From Sedimentisphaerales bacterium (GTDB taxonomy: Bacteria; Planctomycetota; Phycisphaerae; Sedimentisphaerales; Anaerobacaceae), in the NCBI GenBank assembly GCA_963708075.1, contig OY970194.1:5024001-5088000 (forward strand): 64,000 nt of DNA, in the 5' to 3' direction. Position numbers and translations under genes: made by a program. Position 1 is the first letter of the stretch; each line of letters starts with the position of its first letter. The notes under the pieces are model-generated. The model worked only from the letters and a program-made list of their open reading frames with translations, did not search any database and was not told the origin of the DNA. Below are positions 41,455 to 51,531 of the stretch, in pieces.

Positions 41455-41560
41455 TCAAGAGTCAAAATGCAAAAATCAAGATGACAAGTCAAAGATCAGG
41501 AGTAGGGGGCGTCGCGCAGCAACTCCGCAGTTTTGACTTTTGATGTTTGATCTTTGATTC
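41455..41560. repeat. Inverted pair of degenerate heptamer arrays (TCAAAA-like / TTTTGA-like)
   Basis: tcaagagtcaaaatgcaaaaatcaagatgacaagtcaaagatc ... ttttgacttttgatgtttgatctttgattc. Confidence 0.65.
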
Positions 41561-41580
41561 TCTTCCGGACCGATAAAGCT

Positions 41581-42798
41581 ATGGCTATCGTTGATGAAAA
41601 GCTGCGTTTCGGGTTCACTGAGGCAGGCCGAGTGATCCTGCGAGGGATGGGCTTTGTCGCGCTGGCGGCCTTCATCGTGCCGGCGTTCGGCGTGCTTTCC
41701 ATCCTGGTTTGCGTTCTGCTGACGGCTCTGCTGCTCGGCTTTCTCGTGCGGCCGCGGGTTCGCATCGATGGCCACCTGCCCGGCCGCGTCGTTGCCGGCC
41801 GGACAACGCAGCTCACGTACGTGCTCAGGAATGTCGGCCGTTTCCCGGCCTATAACCTCTGGGTGGGCTTCACCGCCCTGCCGCAAGCCATTGAACAGAT
41901 CGGCAGTGAACATACACTGCCCCGTCTCGCGCCCGGCGAAACCGCGCAAGTGACCGTCACAATCCGCCCGACTCGCCGGGGCTGCTATCGCATCGGTCAC
42001 CCGGTGTGCCGGTCGGGGTTTCCATTCAACCTCCTGTGGTTCGGCGTATCGCGTGAAGGCGAGGAGAGCTTAATCGCCCTGCCGGCGTTCTCGCGGCTGC
42101 AAATGCCGCTGCGACGGCTCAGTCGGTACGCGCAGACCGCCGGCATGAGACTGGCCGGCCGGACCGGCGTTTCACCGGAGTACATCGGCAGCCGCCCGTT
42201 CATGCGCGGCGACTCGCCCCGGCACATCGACGCCCGCGCCTGGGCCCGTCTGTCAGTGCCCGCGACCAAGGAATATGACGAGGACTGCGACAATTACGCC
42301 GCCCTTGTGCTCGATACCTGCATCCCTGATACTGCCACAAGGGACAAGTCCGGGCAAATCGATGAGCTTGAGGCGGCCGTCAGCCTGTGCGCCTCGGTGG
42401 CTTTCACAATGCACAGCAGTCACTTCATAGATCTGCTGCTGGCCGGTCCCGAGCTGCATGAGTTCAGCGGCTGGCCCCGCGAGGCCCGGCTGGACAGAAT
42501 CCACGAGCTGCTTGCGGGCGTGGAACCATCCCAGGCGCCCGCCAACGAGCGGGCCGTCATGTTCATGCTGGACCGATTTCGTGAGATGTCACAGGTTGTG
42601 TTCATCCTGCTCGGGTGGACGCAGACTAATCAGCAGTTGGTGGAGCTGGCGGAACGCGCCGGCTGTCATTGCACCGTCGTCCTGATCGGCGACTCGAAGG
42701 CCGCGCGAGTGAGCGAAGATCGGGCTTCCACGTGGGCCGGGACTGTCCGGGTCCTCTCGCCCCAGGAGATCCTGTCAGGACGGATGAAGCAATTATGA
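41581..42798 (+). CDS. DUF58 domain-containing membrane protein
   Basis: EYIGSRPF..GD..RHID...AR, KEY, LVLD and EAAVSLCAS motifs. Follows moxR. Confidence 0.88.
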   Translation: MAIVDEKLRFGFTEAGRVILRGMGFVALAAFIVPAFGVLSILVCVLLTALLLGFLVRPRVRIDGHLPGRVVAGRTTQLTYVLRNVGRFPAYNLWVGFTALPQAIEQIGSEHTLPRLAPGETAQVTVTIRPTRRGCYRIGHPVCRSGFPFNLLWFGVSREGEESLIALPAFSRLQMPLRRLSRYAQTAGMRLAGRTGVSPEYIGSRPFMRGDSPRHIDARAWARLSVPATKEYDEDCDNYAALVLDTCIPDTATRDKSGQIDELEAAVSLCASVAFTMHSSHFIDLLLAGPELHEFSGWPREARLDRIHELLAGVEPSQAPANERAVMFMLDRFREMSQVVFILLGWTQTNQQLVELAERAGCHCTVVLIGDSKAARVSEDRASTWAGTVRVLSPQEILSGRMKQL

Positions 42799-42828
42799 GA
42801 AGGATTCTGATGCAACGCGTCTCGATCC

Positions 42829-42908
42829 GGGTGGCAGCGGCAAGGCCGAAGGCTTTGCCGATGGCGAATGGGCAAACCATCGGCAAGCTGCGCTTGCCGC
42901 TGCCACCC
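42829..42908. repeat. Family C palindromic repeat
   Basis: Full-length copy GGGTGGCAGCGGCAAGGCC...CTTGCCGCTGCCACCC. Confidence 0.88.
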
Positions 42909-42952
42909 GAAAATGCGTAAGAAGTGAGAATAAGAACTCATCAGCGATTGGT

Positions 42953-45053
42953 ATGAAGACGCAAAAGGCCATAGCGACGGTGATGATCGTGGCCGGCTCG
43001 GTGCTGGTGGCAGCCGTGTTCCGGGATATTGCCTTCCCGGCGATCCTGTGCATGCTGGGTCTGCTCGGCCTGCAGCGGCGGTTCACCTGGCACATCCGGC
43101 CGGAGCGACGCGTCATCACCTCCCTGCTCCTGCTGCTGCTGGCGATTTTTTTCGCCGCCCACTACACGTACGCCGGGCTCGCCAGCCGGGTGGCACAAGA
43201 GCAGGCTGCCATCGCGGCCTGGGGGACGATCTCTCGCTACTTCCTGGCCTCGATGATCCTGATCCTGTTCCTTGGCTCGCGACAACGCCTTCCGCCGTCG
43301 CTTGCATTGTTCTATATGGCCACGGTCGTATCCGCCGGGCAGGTCCTGTTGCTCAACGACCTGTACACGGCCTTTCGACTGCTCGAAGCCCTGTCCGTGA
43401 TTCTCATCGTGCTCTACGCCGCCCCCGGCCGGATTGGCGACATCGGCCTCGCGCGGACGCAGGAGGCTCGCACCCAGGGCCGTACGTCTTTGGCCTTTGC
43501 GGCTGTCTCCTCCGCTCTTCGCTCCCGCCGCACCGTCGCCACCGGGCTCGTCCTGCTCCTGGCCGTAAACCTCGGCTGGATCATGGCCTCCGTGCTGTAT
43601 CGTCACGTGGAGCTGCTGAACTACATGCCGGTCTGGCTCTGGCGCAGCGGCGTCGGCCTCGACGCTCCCATCGACAACACCGCCTATGTCGGCTTTTCCA
43701 CAAGTGGCGAACTGTCCAGCCTCTTGTTGATCAAGGGCGATCAAGATACCACGGTCGCGCTGAAGATCATCTCGGACAACAATCCGGGGTATCTGCGGGC
43801 GCGGGCATTCGATCTCTATCGGCCGTCGACATGGGCAGAGGTCTCGCACGGCGACGCGATCGAGCCCAGCCAGAACACGTCGCTGGGCGGGTACTTCGTG
43901 GGCCGCATGAACCAATTTCGCCTGAGCAGGCAGACGGATGTGCGGACGCGGGAGATGATGGTCCGCCATGAGTCGCGCATCCCCGACGTCATGTTCACGC
44001 CGCTGGGCACGCTGTCCGTCGAGGCGCCGCTGCCGGTGCTGATGTACGACGACGACGGCATCGTGTCGGCCCCGAGAGGGCGGACGAGTCCGAACTATCG
44101 AGTCGCCTATGCCGACCCGACGTACGCCCCGCCGCCGACGCGTCCGATGCTCGGCGTGCCGCCGCAATTGGATCCGCGGGTGCGGCAACTGTCCGATAAA
44201 ATCTTCGCCAACTGTACCACGACCGCGGAAAAGATCAAAGCGGTCATCGATCACTTTCAAGCCAACTACACCTATTCGCTGGGCCTGACCGTCCCGCCCG
44301 GCCGGGACAAGCTCGAGTACTTTCTGCTCGAAGCGTCCACCGGCTACTGCGAGTACTTTGCCTCGGGGGCGGCGATCCTGCTGCGTCTGGCCGACGTGCG
44401 CACCCGATACATGACGGGCTTTCTCGTGACGGAGAAAGACGCCGACGGCGAGGCGTGGATCGCCCGGAACATGGACGCCCACGCGTGGGTCGAAGCCTGG
44501 GACGAGGAGAGCCGCCAGTGGACGATTGTCGAGGCCACCGTGCAGGATGGCCTTGCCACGGCGTCGCCGGACGAGGAATCCAGTGAGGCGGGCGGTCTGA
44601 GCCGGTACCTGCTGTTTGGGCAGCTCCTTGACGACCTCTATGAATATGGCCTCTTCGGCGTCCTTGCCTGGGCACTGCAGTTCTACGGGCTGCCCGCCAT
44701 CTCATTCCTGCTGGCGACTACTTTTGTCGGCACATCGTGGTGGCTGTACAGGCGAGCCCGGGCCAGGCACAGACGCCGCTCCGAGCGGCCGCTCGCGCCC
44801 GAGCTCGTCGCTCTGCACAGGGTGCTGGCCCGGATGGACCGCCGCGTCAGGACCGTCGGACTGCGACGCGAGCTCGAATGAGACCCTCCAGGCATTCGCC
44901 CAGCGTCTCCGCATTAAGGACACCGGCGACGGACTCTGGGCCAATGTCTCCGACTGGTACCTCGAATACGCCGACCTGCGCTACAGCCGCATCATCTCGC
45001 CCGACCGTCTGCACCGCCTTCAGCACCTCGCCGTCCTGCTGCAGCAGCCGTGA
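42953..45053 (+). CDS. TgpA-like membrane transglutaminase-domain protein (DUF3488 + TGase + DUF4129-like tail), frameshift near 44870
   Basis: N-terminal TMs, YLRARAFDLY, GYCEYFAS, AHAWVE. The tail NETLQAFA...YLEYADLRY continues in another frame to 45053. Confidence 0.85.
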
Positions 45054-45984
45054 TGCTCAGGTCCCGCACCTGGATCGCCGCATCGAATGTGCCGGGGATT
45101 TCCCAGCCGAGATTCATATTGGCGACCGCGTAGTTGTGCGGATCAGGATCTTTCAGGTATCCTCTCTTTACCGCCTCCTGCAAGCCGCTCCGGATGTGAG
45201 GCAACAAGTCGGTCTGGAGAGTGAGCCACTGTCCCGGCTTCAGGGCTGTGACACCCACGGCCTTTCCATCCACGGTGTAGATGAACTTGCCTGTCGCATC
45301 GTCCTTGCCAGCATCCTTGGCCATGTAGGCCGGTGGGACATCATGCCGGCTATCGAAGAAAGGCACGCCGAACCAGTAGTACCCGCCGTGGTCTTTGGAT
45401 GCCGGACCAATACTCTTAACGATGAAGAACAACTGGAATTGAGCCGCATGGAGGCCCGGATCACACTGGCCTTCTGCCATGTGATTCGTGCAGTACAACA
45501 GCCGCAGGCTTATCTGGAGCTGGATTCGCTCCAATTCATCCAGCGGGCACAACGTGACGGCATCCTGCTCCACCAGCAGATGCGGCCAGCTCTCGCCATA
45601 CTTCCTCGGCATGGCGCCGTATTCCGCCTGGCCCGATATTCCCAGGGTGAGGCCCCGACTCGGAGCGTTGGCTCTTCCAACAACCACGCTCTTCCCGGCG
45701 TTTACGTACATCAGGCTGCCATCTTCATCCCGGATACAGTGGGCGGTCGCCAGTGTGTGCTTCGTGCCCCACTGGCACAGCCTCCACGCAGGGACATTGT
45801 TCACAGCACCGAAGTTGAGAACCGCTTCTACCGAACGTCCCTTGGATGAATCCGGATAGCTCAGAAACAATCCCCGCTCGAACCCCATATCGGCGAACAG
45901 GGCTTGAGCGTCCGTCCCCTGCCCGGCTTGAACAGTGGGCAACAGGACCATCACAAGGAGCAGACTATTCCAGGCAAAGTGCAT
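44992..45984 (-). CDS. Secreted hypothetical protein
   Basis: Signal peptide, WPHLLVEQ, WFGVPFFDSR and NLGWEIPG motifs. Function not recognised. Confidence 0.7.
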   Translation of the reverse strand: MHFAWNSLLLVMVLLPTVQAGQGTDAQALFADMGFERGLFLSYPDSSKGRSVEAVLNFGAVNNVPAWRLCQWGTKHTLATAHCIRDEDGSLMYVNAGKSVVVGRANAPSRGLTLGISGQAEYGAMPRKYGESWPHLLVEQDAVTLCPLDELERIQLQISLRLLYCTNHMAEGQCDPGLHAAQFQLFFIVKSIGPASKDHGGYYWFGVPFFDSRHDVPPAYMAKDAGKDDATGKFIYTVDGKAVGVTALKPGQWLTLQTDLLPHIRSGLQEAVKRGYLKDPDPHNYAVANMNLGWEIPGTFDAAIQVRDLSITAAAAGRRGAEGGADGRAR

Positions 45985-46005
45985 CGCCGTCCTCCACGTT
46001 ATTCC

Positions 46006-47352
46006 TTACAGCGTCCAGCCTTCGCGGTACGGGGTCTGGACGTACTTTTGTGCCTGCGGCAGATTGGTTACCTTCATGCCAGGCCCGTCCCATTCGATCC
46101 TCGCATCCACGCGTTTGGCGATGTTGCCGAGCAGGCAGATCTCCGTGAGCAACGCGGAATACTCAAAGTCGGCGCCCGCCCGCTGCCCGCTCTTGCAAGC
46201 CCGGACCCAGTCCTGCTCGTGCGAGCCTTCCACTCGCGGGATCGTCTTGGCCGGCAGCTTGTACTCTTTCATTCTGCTCTCGGGAATCAGTCGCGGGCTC
46301 TCTCCATACACGCCGCCGACGAGCTTGCCCTTGGTGCCCTTGAACAGGACGCCGCCTTCCGCGTGCCCCATTTGCCTGCCTTCTTCGAGCTCCGCCGGCC
46401 GGGGCGCGCGAAGGCCGTCGTACCACGTCAGCTTCACGGGGGGAAATCCCTCGCGAGCCGGGAACTGGTATGTCACGATGGAAGCCAGTGGATGCGTGTC
46501 GGGATTGAGGTCCAGCGAGGTGGCCTCGATGCTCGTCGGATAGCCCAGCTTCAGCGCCCAGACGACCGGGTCGAGCGTGTGGACGCCGCGATCGCCCATC
46601 ATGCCGCAGCCGAAGTCCCACCAGCACCGCCACACCGCCGGATGGTACGCCGGATGATACGGCCGCTGCGGCGCGGGACCCAGCCACAGGTCCCAGTTCA
46701 GCGTCGCCGGGATCGGCGGCGTATCCTCGGGCCGACGGCTCCACTTGGAGCTCCAGTACGCATGGCCGAAGGGATAGTACGACAGACTGCACCAGGCATC
46801 GACCTCGCGCACCTCGCCGATGGCGCCATCCCGGATCCACTCGCAGATCAGCCGGGCCCCTTCGCCGGAATGACCCTGGATTCCCATCTGCGTGGTCACG
46901 CCGGTGTCTCGCGCCGCCTTCGCGAGCATCCGTGCCTCGTAGACATCATGCGTCAGCGGCTTCTGGCAGTAGACGTGCTTGCCCCGCCGCATCGCCTCCA
47001 TCGCGATGACCGCGTGGGTATGGTCCGGCGTGGCAATCATCACGGCGTCGATGCCCTTCTCCTTGTCGAGCATCTCACGATAGTCACTGTACACCTTCGC
47101 CTGCGGATACTTCTTGAATGTCTCGGCGGCATATGCGTGGTCCACGTCGCACAGGGCCACGATGTTCTCCGTTTCGAGCTCGCTCAGGTTGCTCTTGCCC
47201 ATGCCGCCGACGCCGATGCCGGCGATATTGAGCTTCTCGCTGGGCGCAATGCGGCGCGGCCCGCCAAGAACATGGCTCGGCACAACGGTAAACGCCGCCG
47301 CCGTCGCCGTTGTCGCAAGAAAATGACGCCTGCTGATCTCTCCTTTTGACAT
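46006..47352 (-). CDS. Tat-exported Gfo/Idh/MocA oxidoreductase
   Basis: SRRHFL, GIGVGGMG, ATPDHTH, HVYCQKP and WDLWLGPAP motifs. Confidence 0.92.
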   Translation of the reverse strand: MSKGEISRRHFLATTATAAAFTVVPSHVLGGPRRIAPSEKLNIAGIGVGGMGKSNLSELETENIVALCDVDHAYAAETFKKYPQAKVYSDYREMLDKEKGIDAVMIATPDHTHAVIAMEAMRRGKHVYCQKPLTHDVYEARMLAKAARDTGVTTQMGIQGHSGEGARLICEWIRDGAIGEVREVDAWCSLSYYPFGHAYWSSKWSRRPEDTPPIPATLNWDLWLGPAPQRPYHPAYHPAVWRCWWDFGCGMMGDRGVHTLDPVVWALKLGYPTSIEATSLDLNPDTHPLASIVTYQFPAREGFPPVKLTWYDGLRAPRPAELEEGRQMGHAEGGVLFKGTKGKLVGGVYGESPRLIPESRMKEYKLPAKTIPRVEGSHEQDWVRACKSGQRAGADFEYSALLTEICLLGNIAKRVDARIEWDGPGMKVTNLPQAQKYVQTPYREGWTL

Positions 47353-47487
47353 CGTGACACCTCCCGGCACTCAGGCCCTTGAAATCAGATATGCCGCATC
47401 TGCGCATCGACCGCTGCTATTCGCGCCAATTCTACCACGTCCCCACCGTCTTTGAAATGCCGAGCGCAGAGCCAATGTACCTGTGCC

Positions 47488-47525
47488 GGGTGGCAGCGGT
47501 AAGCGCCAGCTTGCCGCTGCCACCC
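47488..47525. repeat. Internally deleted family C repeat
   Basis: GGGTGGCAGCGGTAAGCGCCAGCTTGCCGCTGCCACCC. Confidence 0.8.
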
Positions 47526-47602
47526 GATATCCACAAGGTTAGCATAGTCGGAGCAGTGCGCTCGCACCTTGAGCACTTATTGGAAGGTGGCAAAGGCGGG
47601 CG

Positions 47603-48977
47603 TTACGGCCGGATGCGGTGGAGGATATTTCGTGGGTCGAGGCGGCGGAGGAGACGACCGAGGCGGTCCATCAAACAGGTCAGGCGGATGCCGTAGTCGA
47701 TGGCTCGCAACTCGGAGTCGTCGGGAAGGGCCGCGCGAGCCCGGGCGATCTGTTCCGTTGCTTTTGTAGTATTGCCCGCTGCCAGGTAGGCAAGGGCCAA
47801 GTCCTTCAGAGCGCCTGGATGGACAGCGTTCAGATCGATCGCGCGGGAGAGGAATCGCGTGGCGTCCTCAAAGTACCCTTTGTTCGCCGCGGCGATGCCA
47901 AGATAGTAGTAAGCGTCGGCGTTGCGTTTGTCCAATCCCGTTGCCCGCAACAGGCATTGCGTGGCGTGATCCGGGTCGCCAAGGGTCAGGAACATCGAGC
48001 CCATCGACAGCAGCGCATTTGCATCGTCCACATCGATATCGAGTTCCGTCAGCAAGAGAGCCCTCGCGTCGCCCGGCCGGCCACAGGATAGCGCGTGCTG
48101 GGCCAGACGGTAGTGCGGCCCGGGCATCGTGGCGTCCTTCTCCATAGCCTCCTCAAAAAGCTCCATCGCTTTCTCGACCTCGCCCCGATCGAACAACAAC
48201 TCGCCGAGGTAGAACAGCGCGGCGCAACTCGGGATTGAATTCCAGGATACGGTGGAACTTCTCCTGGGCCGATTCGATCTCGCCGAGTTCCAGCAGGAAC
48301 AGGGCGAAATCCATGGTGACTTCGACGTCGCCGGGGTTCGCACGCAGCTCGGCCAGGAAGTGTTCCCGGGCGAGGTCGCGCTCGCCCTCGGACCAGAAGG
48401 CCTGGGCGATGCGGTAGTGGATCTGGGGGTGCGAGGGCTCCAGCTCCGCGGTGCGCATCCAGCAGCGAACCGCCTTCTTGAACTGCCCGCGGGCGAAGAG
48501 GCTATTGCCGATGTTGTAGTAACACAGGGGGCAGTCGGCGTCGATCTGCTGGGCGAGGTAGAACATCTGCTCGGCCAGGTCGTGTTGACCCATCTCCGTA
48601 TAGGTGATGATCCGGTTGCAGTAGCCCGGCTCGAACTTCTGGTCCAGTTGCTCGATGTCCTCGAAGGTCGTGAGGGCTCGGTCATACAATCCCATGCGAG
48701 TGTAATCCACCCCCAGGGCGTTGAGGATCTCCAGGTCGCCGGGGCTAAGTTGCAGCGCGGTCTCGTACTCGTTGATGGCCTCGTCGAATCGGCTGATCGC
48801 GTCGAGCGTCAGGCCCCGGTTGAAGTGCCACGCGCTGTTGGTCGGATTGATCTCCAGGGCCCGGTCCAACTGCGTCAGGGCCTGGGTCATCTTGCCGTCT
48901 TCATAGAGCTCGAACGCCTTGCGGGCGTTTCGTTCGGCTTTGTCATAGGGACCAAATTCAGCGCCGTCAAAGAACAT
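47603..48977 (-). CDS. Tetratricopeptide repeat protein, frameshift near 48225
   Basis: Consecutive TPR motifs across ORFs 48153-48977 and 47603-48685. Confidence 0.85.
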
Positions 48978-49428
48978 ACGTGCCGTGCACCTCCAGGGGT
49001 ATCCCCTGTATACTATCGATTACGCATGAGTCTTCTGCAATCCAGGGAAAGCGTCCAGACGGCAGCCATAGAGACGCAAGGTTACGTGTCTCTACCACCT
49101 GCATCACCGAACCTTCACTCACAATGGACGCGATCATCTTACCGGCGTTATCGCCCAACCCCTGTAGCGGCGTTAGCATTTTCACCGGGCGGGCATTTGT
49201 TTTTGCCGAAGCGGCGGATTCTGCTGGCCAATCGGTTGGTAAGCCTTTATAATATCAGAGCTTAGCGTGGTGATACGCGATGTCCTGGCATGCGGGCCGC
49301 GTCGGGAACGCTGTTTTTCTGGCTGCCCCTTGACCACGGTCTTATAATGCATCTGTGGCAGCGGGCAGGCGGTCACGTCGGCTGCATGTGTCCGTACGGC
49401 ACACCACGGTTTGTTTGGAGAGCCAGCT

Positions 49429-49896
49429 ATGGTCGAGCAGATCAAGGGTCGGATTGCGGCCGGCATGGGCAGATATGCCATCGTCGTCAGCAGGTTCAAC
49501 GACTTCATCACATCGAAGTTGGTGGAAGGGGCGATCGACTGTCTTCAGCGGCATGGCGCCGCCGATGAGCAGATCCAGGTCGTCTGGGTCCCCGGCGCCT
49601 GCGAGATCACGATCGTCGCCAAAAGGCTGGCCGTCAGCGGGCGGTACGCAGCGGTGCTATGTCTCGGCGCGGTGATCCGGGGCCAGACCAGCCACTACGA
49701 AGCCGTGTGCCAGCAGGTGATTCGAGGCGTCGGCCAGATCAACTATGACACGGGCGTGCCGACGATCTTCGGCGTGCTGACCTGCGAGACCCTCGAACAG
49801 GCGATTGAGCGGGCGGGCACGAAGATGGGCAACGCCGGCGCCGATGCCGCGGTGACCGCGATGGAAATGGCCCACGTCCTGGAGCAGATGAAGTGA
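49429..49896 (+). CDS. ribH: 6,7-dimethyl-8-ribityllumazine synthase
   Basis: [26 protein letters not shown] and EQAIERAG motifs. Confidence 0.95.
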   Translation: MVEQIKGRIAAGMGRYAIVVSRFNDFITSKLVEGAIDCLQRHGAADEQIQVVWVPGACEITIVAKRLAVSGRYAAVLCLGAVIRGQTSHYEAVCQQVIRGVGQINYDTGVPTIFGVLTCETLEQAIERAGTKMGNAGADAAVTAMEMAHVLEQMK

Positions 49897-49978
49897 TATC
49901 GGTCCTGCTGCGCAGGCCGCCAGGGCACAAGAAAACAGGGCTTGGATGATTCTTACACGCACGGACGTTCACACACGC

Positions 49979-50425
49979 ATGGGTACTGACAAACGAACGA
50001 GGGCCAGAGAGCTTGCCATGCAGGCGCTCTACCAGCTCGATGTTCAAGGCTCCGAGTTGCTCTCGCGCCTGATGGGCGACTTCTTCTACGAGGAAGAAGG
50101 CGACGAGCGAACGCGCAAGCTCGCCTGGGAGTGGACGACCGGGACGTGGGAGAAGGTCGCGGAGTGCGATGAGATGATTACCGGCTCGACGATCCGCTGG
50201 CAATTCTCGCGCTTGTCGCCCGTGGACCGGAGCATCCTGCGCCTGGCGGTGTACCAATTGAAGTTTTGTCCCGATATTCCTCCGAAGGTGGTCATCAACG
50301 AGGCGATCGAGCTGGCGAAGCGGTACAGCACGGACAAGTCCGGCCCCTTCGTCAACGGCGTGCTCGACGCCGTTTTGAAAAAGATGCAGGCCGACCATCG
50401 GCCCGTGGATGAGCAGAAAGGTTGA
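49979..50425 (+). CDS. nusB: Transcription antitermination factor NusB
   Basis: RARELAMQALYQ, DRSILRLA, INEAIELAK and FVNGVLD motifs. Confidence 0.95.
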   Translation: MGTDKRTRARELAMQALYQLDVQGSELLSRLMGDFFYEEEGDERTRKLAWEWTTGTWEKVAECDEMITGSTIRWQFSRLSPVDRSILRLAVYQLKFCPDIPPKVVINEAIELAKRYSTDKSGPFVNGVLDAVLKKMQADHRPVDEQKG

Positions 50426-51428
50426 TGGTTTGAGAACAATTGCTGTGCTCAATCAAAAGGGAGGGGTCGGCAAAACCACGACGGCGGTGAACGTGGCGGC
50501 CGCCCTGGCTGCCGCGGGCCGGAAGGTGGTCGTGATCGACCTCGATCCTCAGGCCCACCTGACGATCCATCTGGGCGTCGAGCCCCAGACGGTTCAGGCC
50601 GGCGCCTACGAGGTCCTGACCCAGTCGGCGGATTTCGCGCAGAGTCTGATGCTTGTGCGTCCCAACCTCTGGCTGCTGGCGGCCAACATCAATCTCGTCG
50701 GCGCGGAGACCGAGCTGGTCAATATGGTCGGCCGTGAGATCATCCTGCGCGAGGCCATGCAGCCCTGCCAGAACCAATTCGATTTCTGCCTGATCGACTG
50801 CCCGCCCTCGCTCAGCGTTCTCTCGCTCAACGCCCTGGCGGCCGCCCAGGAAGTCCTGATCCCGCTGCAACCGCACTTCCTGGCTTTGCAGGGATTCGGC
50901 AAGCTGCTCCAGACCGTCGATCTGGTCAACAAGCGGATCAACCGCAATCTCAGAGTCACCGGCGTGCTGCTGTGCATGAACGACACCCGGGCCTCCCTGT
51001 CCAACGAGGTTCGTGCCGATATCGAGCAGTTCCTCACCAATGCGCGGGGCACCAACAGCGCCTGGTCGCAGGCTCAGATCCTGCCGACCTTCATCCGCCG
51101 GAACATCAAGCTGGCGGAGGCCCCCAGTTACGGCCAGACGATCTTCGAATACGACCCCGACTGCAACGGCGCCGAGGACTATGCGAAAGTCGCGAAGTTC
51201 TTCCTCGGCATCGAAGACAAACCCGAGGAAGCGCCTCCGCCCGAGCAGATCGTTCCTTCCACGGTGCCGGAGCAGACACCCCCTGCCCCAGCACCCATCG
51301 AAATTCGCGAGGTGAGCCTGCCCGTCCCGCAGCACGACACGCCGGTCCCGCTCTGCACGGAACAGCCGGCGCCGGCCGCCGACTCCACGCCCTCTGAGCC
51401 TCAGGCCGATGTCCCCACGGCTATCTGA
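50409..51428 (+). CDS. parA: Orphan ParA/Soj-family ATPase with an acidic Pro-rich tail
   Basis: NQKGGVGKTT, DLDPQ, DCPPSL and RRNIKLAEAPSYG motifs. Confidence 0.88.
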   Translation: MSRKVDGLRTIAVLNQKGGVGKTTTAVNVAAALAAAGRKVVVIDLDPQAHLTIHLGVEPQTVQAGAYEVLTQSADFAQSLMLVRPNLWLLAANINLVGAETELVNMVGREIILREAMQPCQNQFDFCLIDCPPSLSVLSLNALAAAQEVLIPLQPHFLALQGFGKLLQTVDLVNKRINRNLRVTGVLLCMNDTRASLSNEVRADIEQFLTNARGTNSAWSQAQILPTFIRRNIKLAEAPSYGQTIFEYDPDCNGAEDYAKVAKFFLGIEDKPEEAPPPEQIVPSTVPEQTPPAPAPIEIREVSLPVPQHDTPVPLCTEQPAPAADSTPSEPQADVPTAI

Positions 51429-51441
51429 CAACCGCAGCATC

Positions 51442-51518
51442 GGGTGCCACGTCTACACTCGCATTGACATGTCTCATCCAGAAAAGAACATGCTTACGCG
51501 AGCGTAAGCATGGCACCC
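51442..51518. repeat. Family A palindromic repeat (degenerate left arm)
   Basis: GGGTGCCACGTCTAC...CATGCTTACGCGAGCGTAAGCATGGCACCC. Confidence 0.82.
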
Positions 51519-51531
51519 AGACTCATCGCCA

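Noticed and set aside
48978..49428. FMN riboswitch upstream of ribH
   Set aside because: No RFN consensus (e.g. AGGGC.GGGTGAAATTCCC.ACCG) found.
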